DNA of 63,527 bases, filler included, from Licmophora abbreviata (lineage: Eukaryota): the NCBI GenBank assembly GCA_900291995.1. It is 10 parts of 10 records of this genome, joined end to end, with 100 filler letters (N's around TTAATTAATTAA, not from the genome) between each part and the next. Parts side by side here need not be neighbours in the genome. Positions count along the whole stretch, not along the records: positions 61,344 to 63,527 come from OLMU01004098.1; 9 more parts are not named here. One strand, given 5' to 3'. Under the pieces are notes generated by a model. That model saw nothing but the letters and a program-made list of their open reading frames with translations, made no database searches and was not told the DNA's origin. Positions 61,467 through 63,527 of the stretch are shown piece by piece. Both the position numbers and the translations under genes were made by a program. Positions within the stretch are counted from its first letter, which is position 1, and each line of letters opens with the position of its first letter.

Positions 61467-63027
61467 TTATATATAAGCGATTGCTCCATTGAACCGAAAG
61501 TCAACAATCTTCCAATTGAGTTCGCCCTTCTCTTCGTCGTACTCCCGCTGAAAGGCACATACATACGAGTTGGCTCGAATGTCATCCTCTGATCCCTCCA
61601 CGACACTTCCATCCTTTTTCTTTGTGACACAATTGATCTGCTGACACATGAAATGAAGTAGAATAATAGGAGATCCCTTGTTCACTTCGTCGCGCTGTCA
61701 ATGAGGGAAATATATCGATAGAATGACAAAACACAAACACACACACACACATTATGGAGTCCGTGAGCGACCAAGCATTCAAATAGTGATGCATATCATC
61801 ACCACCACACACTTCCATTTTTTTCTGTTTCGCCACATGTACTCACTTCGCATGCCAGTATTTCACTATTCATGATTCCCAATACATGCGTATCAATCTG
61901 CACACCCTCCTTTTGCCTCGCCGTAATTTCCGCCGCAATCCGTGTAAAGACACCTTCTCCCAACCACGGTTTCAATTGATTGATTCGTCCCTCCAGAAAC
62001 CATTGCATAATTTGCGGAAGCGTATGCTCAACAACATCCTGTTTCCACTCTTCCAGTGTAAAAGTCGGATCGAGTGTTCTCAATTCCCGTACGGCCACCG
62101 CGAAATCCGATTCTGCAGTGAGAGTGTCGTAGACGGAGGAGACGCGATAGACCCAGGGATTCTGGGATGTCTCCCAGGCCTCGCGCGCGTCCTCGCCCAA
62201 GTGATCCAGACGTTCCTTGGCATTCTTGGCGCCCGACTTTTCGTACACGACCTCGCCTCGTTCGAGAATATCTTGAGAAAGTGAAGAATCGTTCACAGTG
62301 GAGTGAGTGAGGGGCATGAGGACAAACATGTACACAGCATCACACTTTACAAATATATAATAAAAATCGTACCTTGAATAATGGGGGCTTCCGTCAGTCG
62401 GCGCTGCATCCGTTCCCACGCAGTCAAGTGCTCTGATTCATCAATGACCATGATATCGACCACACCGTCGTAAGGTGTGTCACCTTCCGCCGTCGCGGTG
62501 GGATGCACGACATGCAGTTTCTTGTTGATGTCCTTGGGCTGTCCAGACGTCACCAAGTCTTGCCAGGCTTCTGATACATTGGACCGGAAGGAATCGTAAT
62601 AGTCGAGCAAACTGGAAATGAGCTCATTCTGGGACGTCGTTTGGTTGTCGGTGGAAGTAGTACTGTCGGCATCTTGTTTCATACGACGAACGGTCTCTTC
62701 AAAGGATTCTTCATTTTCTTCTCCTTTCGAATTTGAAGTAGTGGTATTCGTAGTAGTTTCCTTGTCGTTGTGTTTTAATGTTTCTTCTTTGAACGCATCG
62801 CTATTGGAGGAGCTGGTAGAAAAGTTAAGTTTGGTCGTGGATACAGCACCATAGTGCGGAACGTGAGCCTGCAGCCGAACTCGTGATGATGATGATGAGT
62901 TCAGTCGTTGAAGGTCGAAACAAGGGGTCGAATCAGTTCTTCTTGCACTGGAACGAAGGAATCGATGCGTCAATCCTTTCACCGCTGACTTCCGACTTAT
63001 CTGAAGTGCTGCTGATGCAGATAGCAT
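61467..63027 (-). CDS. TIM44: Mitochondrial import inner membrane translocase TIM44, 3 exons
   Basis: Presequence; WETSQNP, LDPTF, FMCQQINCV..KDG.VVEG, WKIVD. Introns 62272-62372 and 61695-61846. Confidence 0.9.
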
Positions 63028-63527
63028 GGTGAGGAGGATGACGATGAACGAACGCGTTGGAGTAAAGCTGCAAGACAACCTTGTGGCGACCTCTCTTGAG
63101 GGTCTGTGTTTTTTGTGAGTTTTCTCTTCACGACGCGCGGCGACGGCGGCCAGAATTGAATCGGTATGTAGGTCGTCCGTCAGTAAAATATTTCGTGGCT
63201 GTGAGAGCATTCGACGTCTGTACGTCGGCATCGAGGTGACGACTGACGTACGAACCACAATCACATTGAAAAGAAAGAAAATTGCAACATGTTAACATGT
63301 TTCGTTGGGTGACAATATGATGACGCTGATGGCTCAAATCAGTTGGTGGCTGTGCAGGATGGATGTTTCACTGGGTACCATAGTCTGTGTTCCATGACTC
63401 GACGGAACGATTGTCAATCTCATTCTTTGCAAGGCGTAACAACGAACTTGAAGTCATCCACGGCTGTAGTCTACTCTAGAGAGAGTAACATCACATGTAC
63501 CTATATTCTAGAACTTCCGGCGGCATC

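Noticed and set aside
1..63527. Hundreds of short antisense/overlapping ORFs; rRNA, tRNA, CRISPR, retrotransposon or viral genes
   Set aside because: Short ORFs are shadows of real exons at ~50% GC. No such RNA genes, repeat-spacer arrays, RT/integrase or capsid motifs were seen by eye.

Overview
Gene-dense, intron-containing eukaryotic nuclear scaffold, almost certainly from a diatom. This is inferred from frustulin-type Cys repeats, a silicanin-like gene, RXL-motif secreted proteins, bipartite plastid-targeting leaders and ~100-bp GT-AG introns. It holds about 33 protein-coding loci and nine 100-bp scaffolding gaps carrying an artificial TTAATTAATTAA linker. Housekeeping genes include sulfite oxidase, guanine deaminase, biotin ligase, Sec3, PAPST2, RlmN, Mpv17 and TIM44. 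Most notable: (1) an 11-kb tandem array (18.9-30.2 kb) of five predicted GPI-anchored beta-propeller/Pro-Thr-stalk surface proteins plus a decayed sixth copy, the last member fused to two frustulin-type ACR repeats; (2) a hAT-like DNA transposon with 30-bp perfect TIRs and an 8-bp target-site duplication in the divergent promoter directly upstream of that array; (3) tandem EGY-type M50 proteases; (4) paired BAR-PH paralogs flanking Sec3, one with a THAP-like N-terminus. All protein calls come from motif recognition by eye; no database searches were run.
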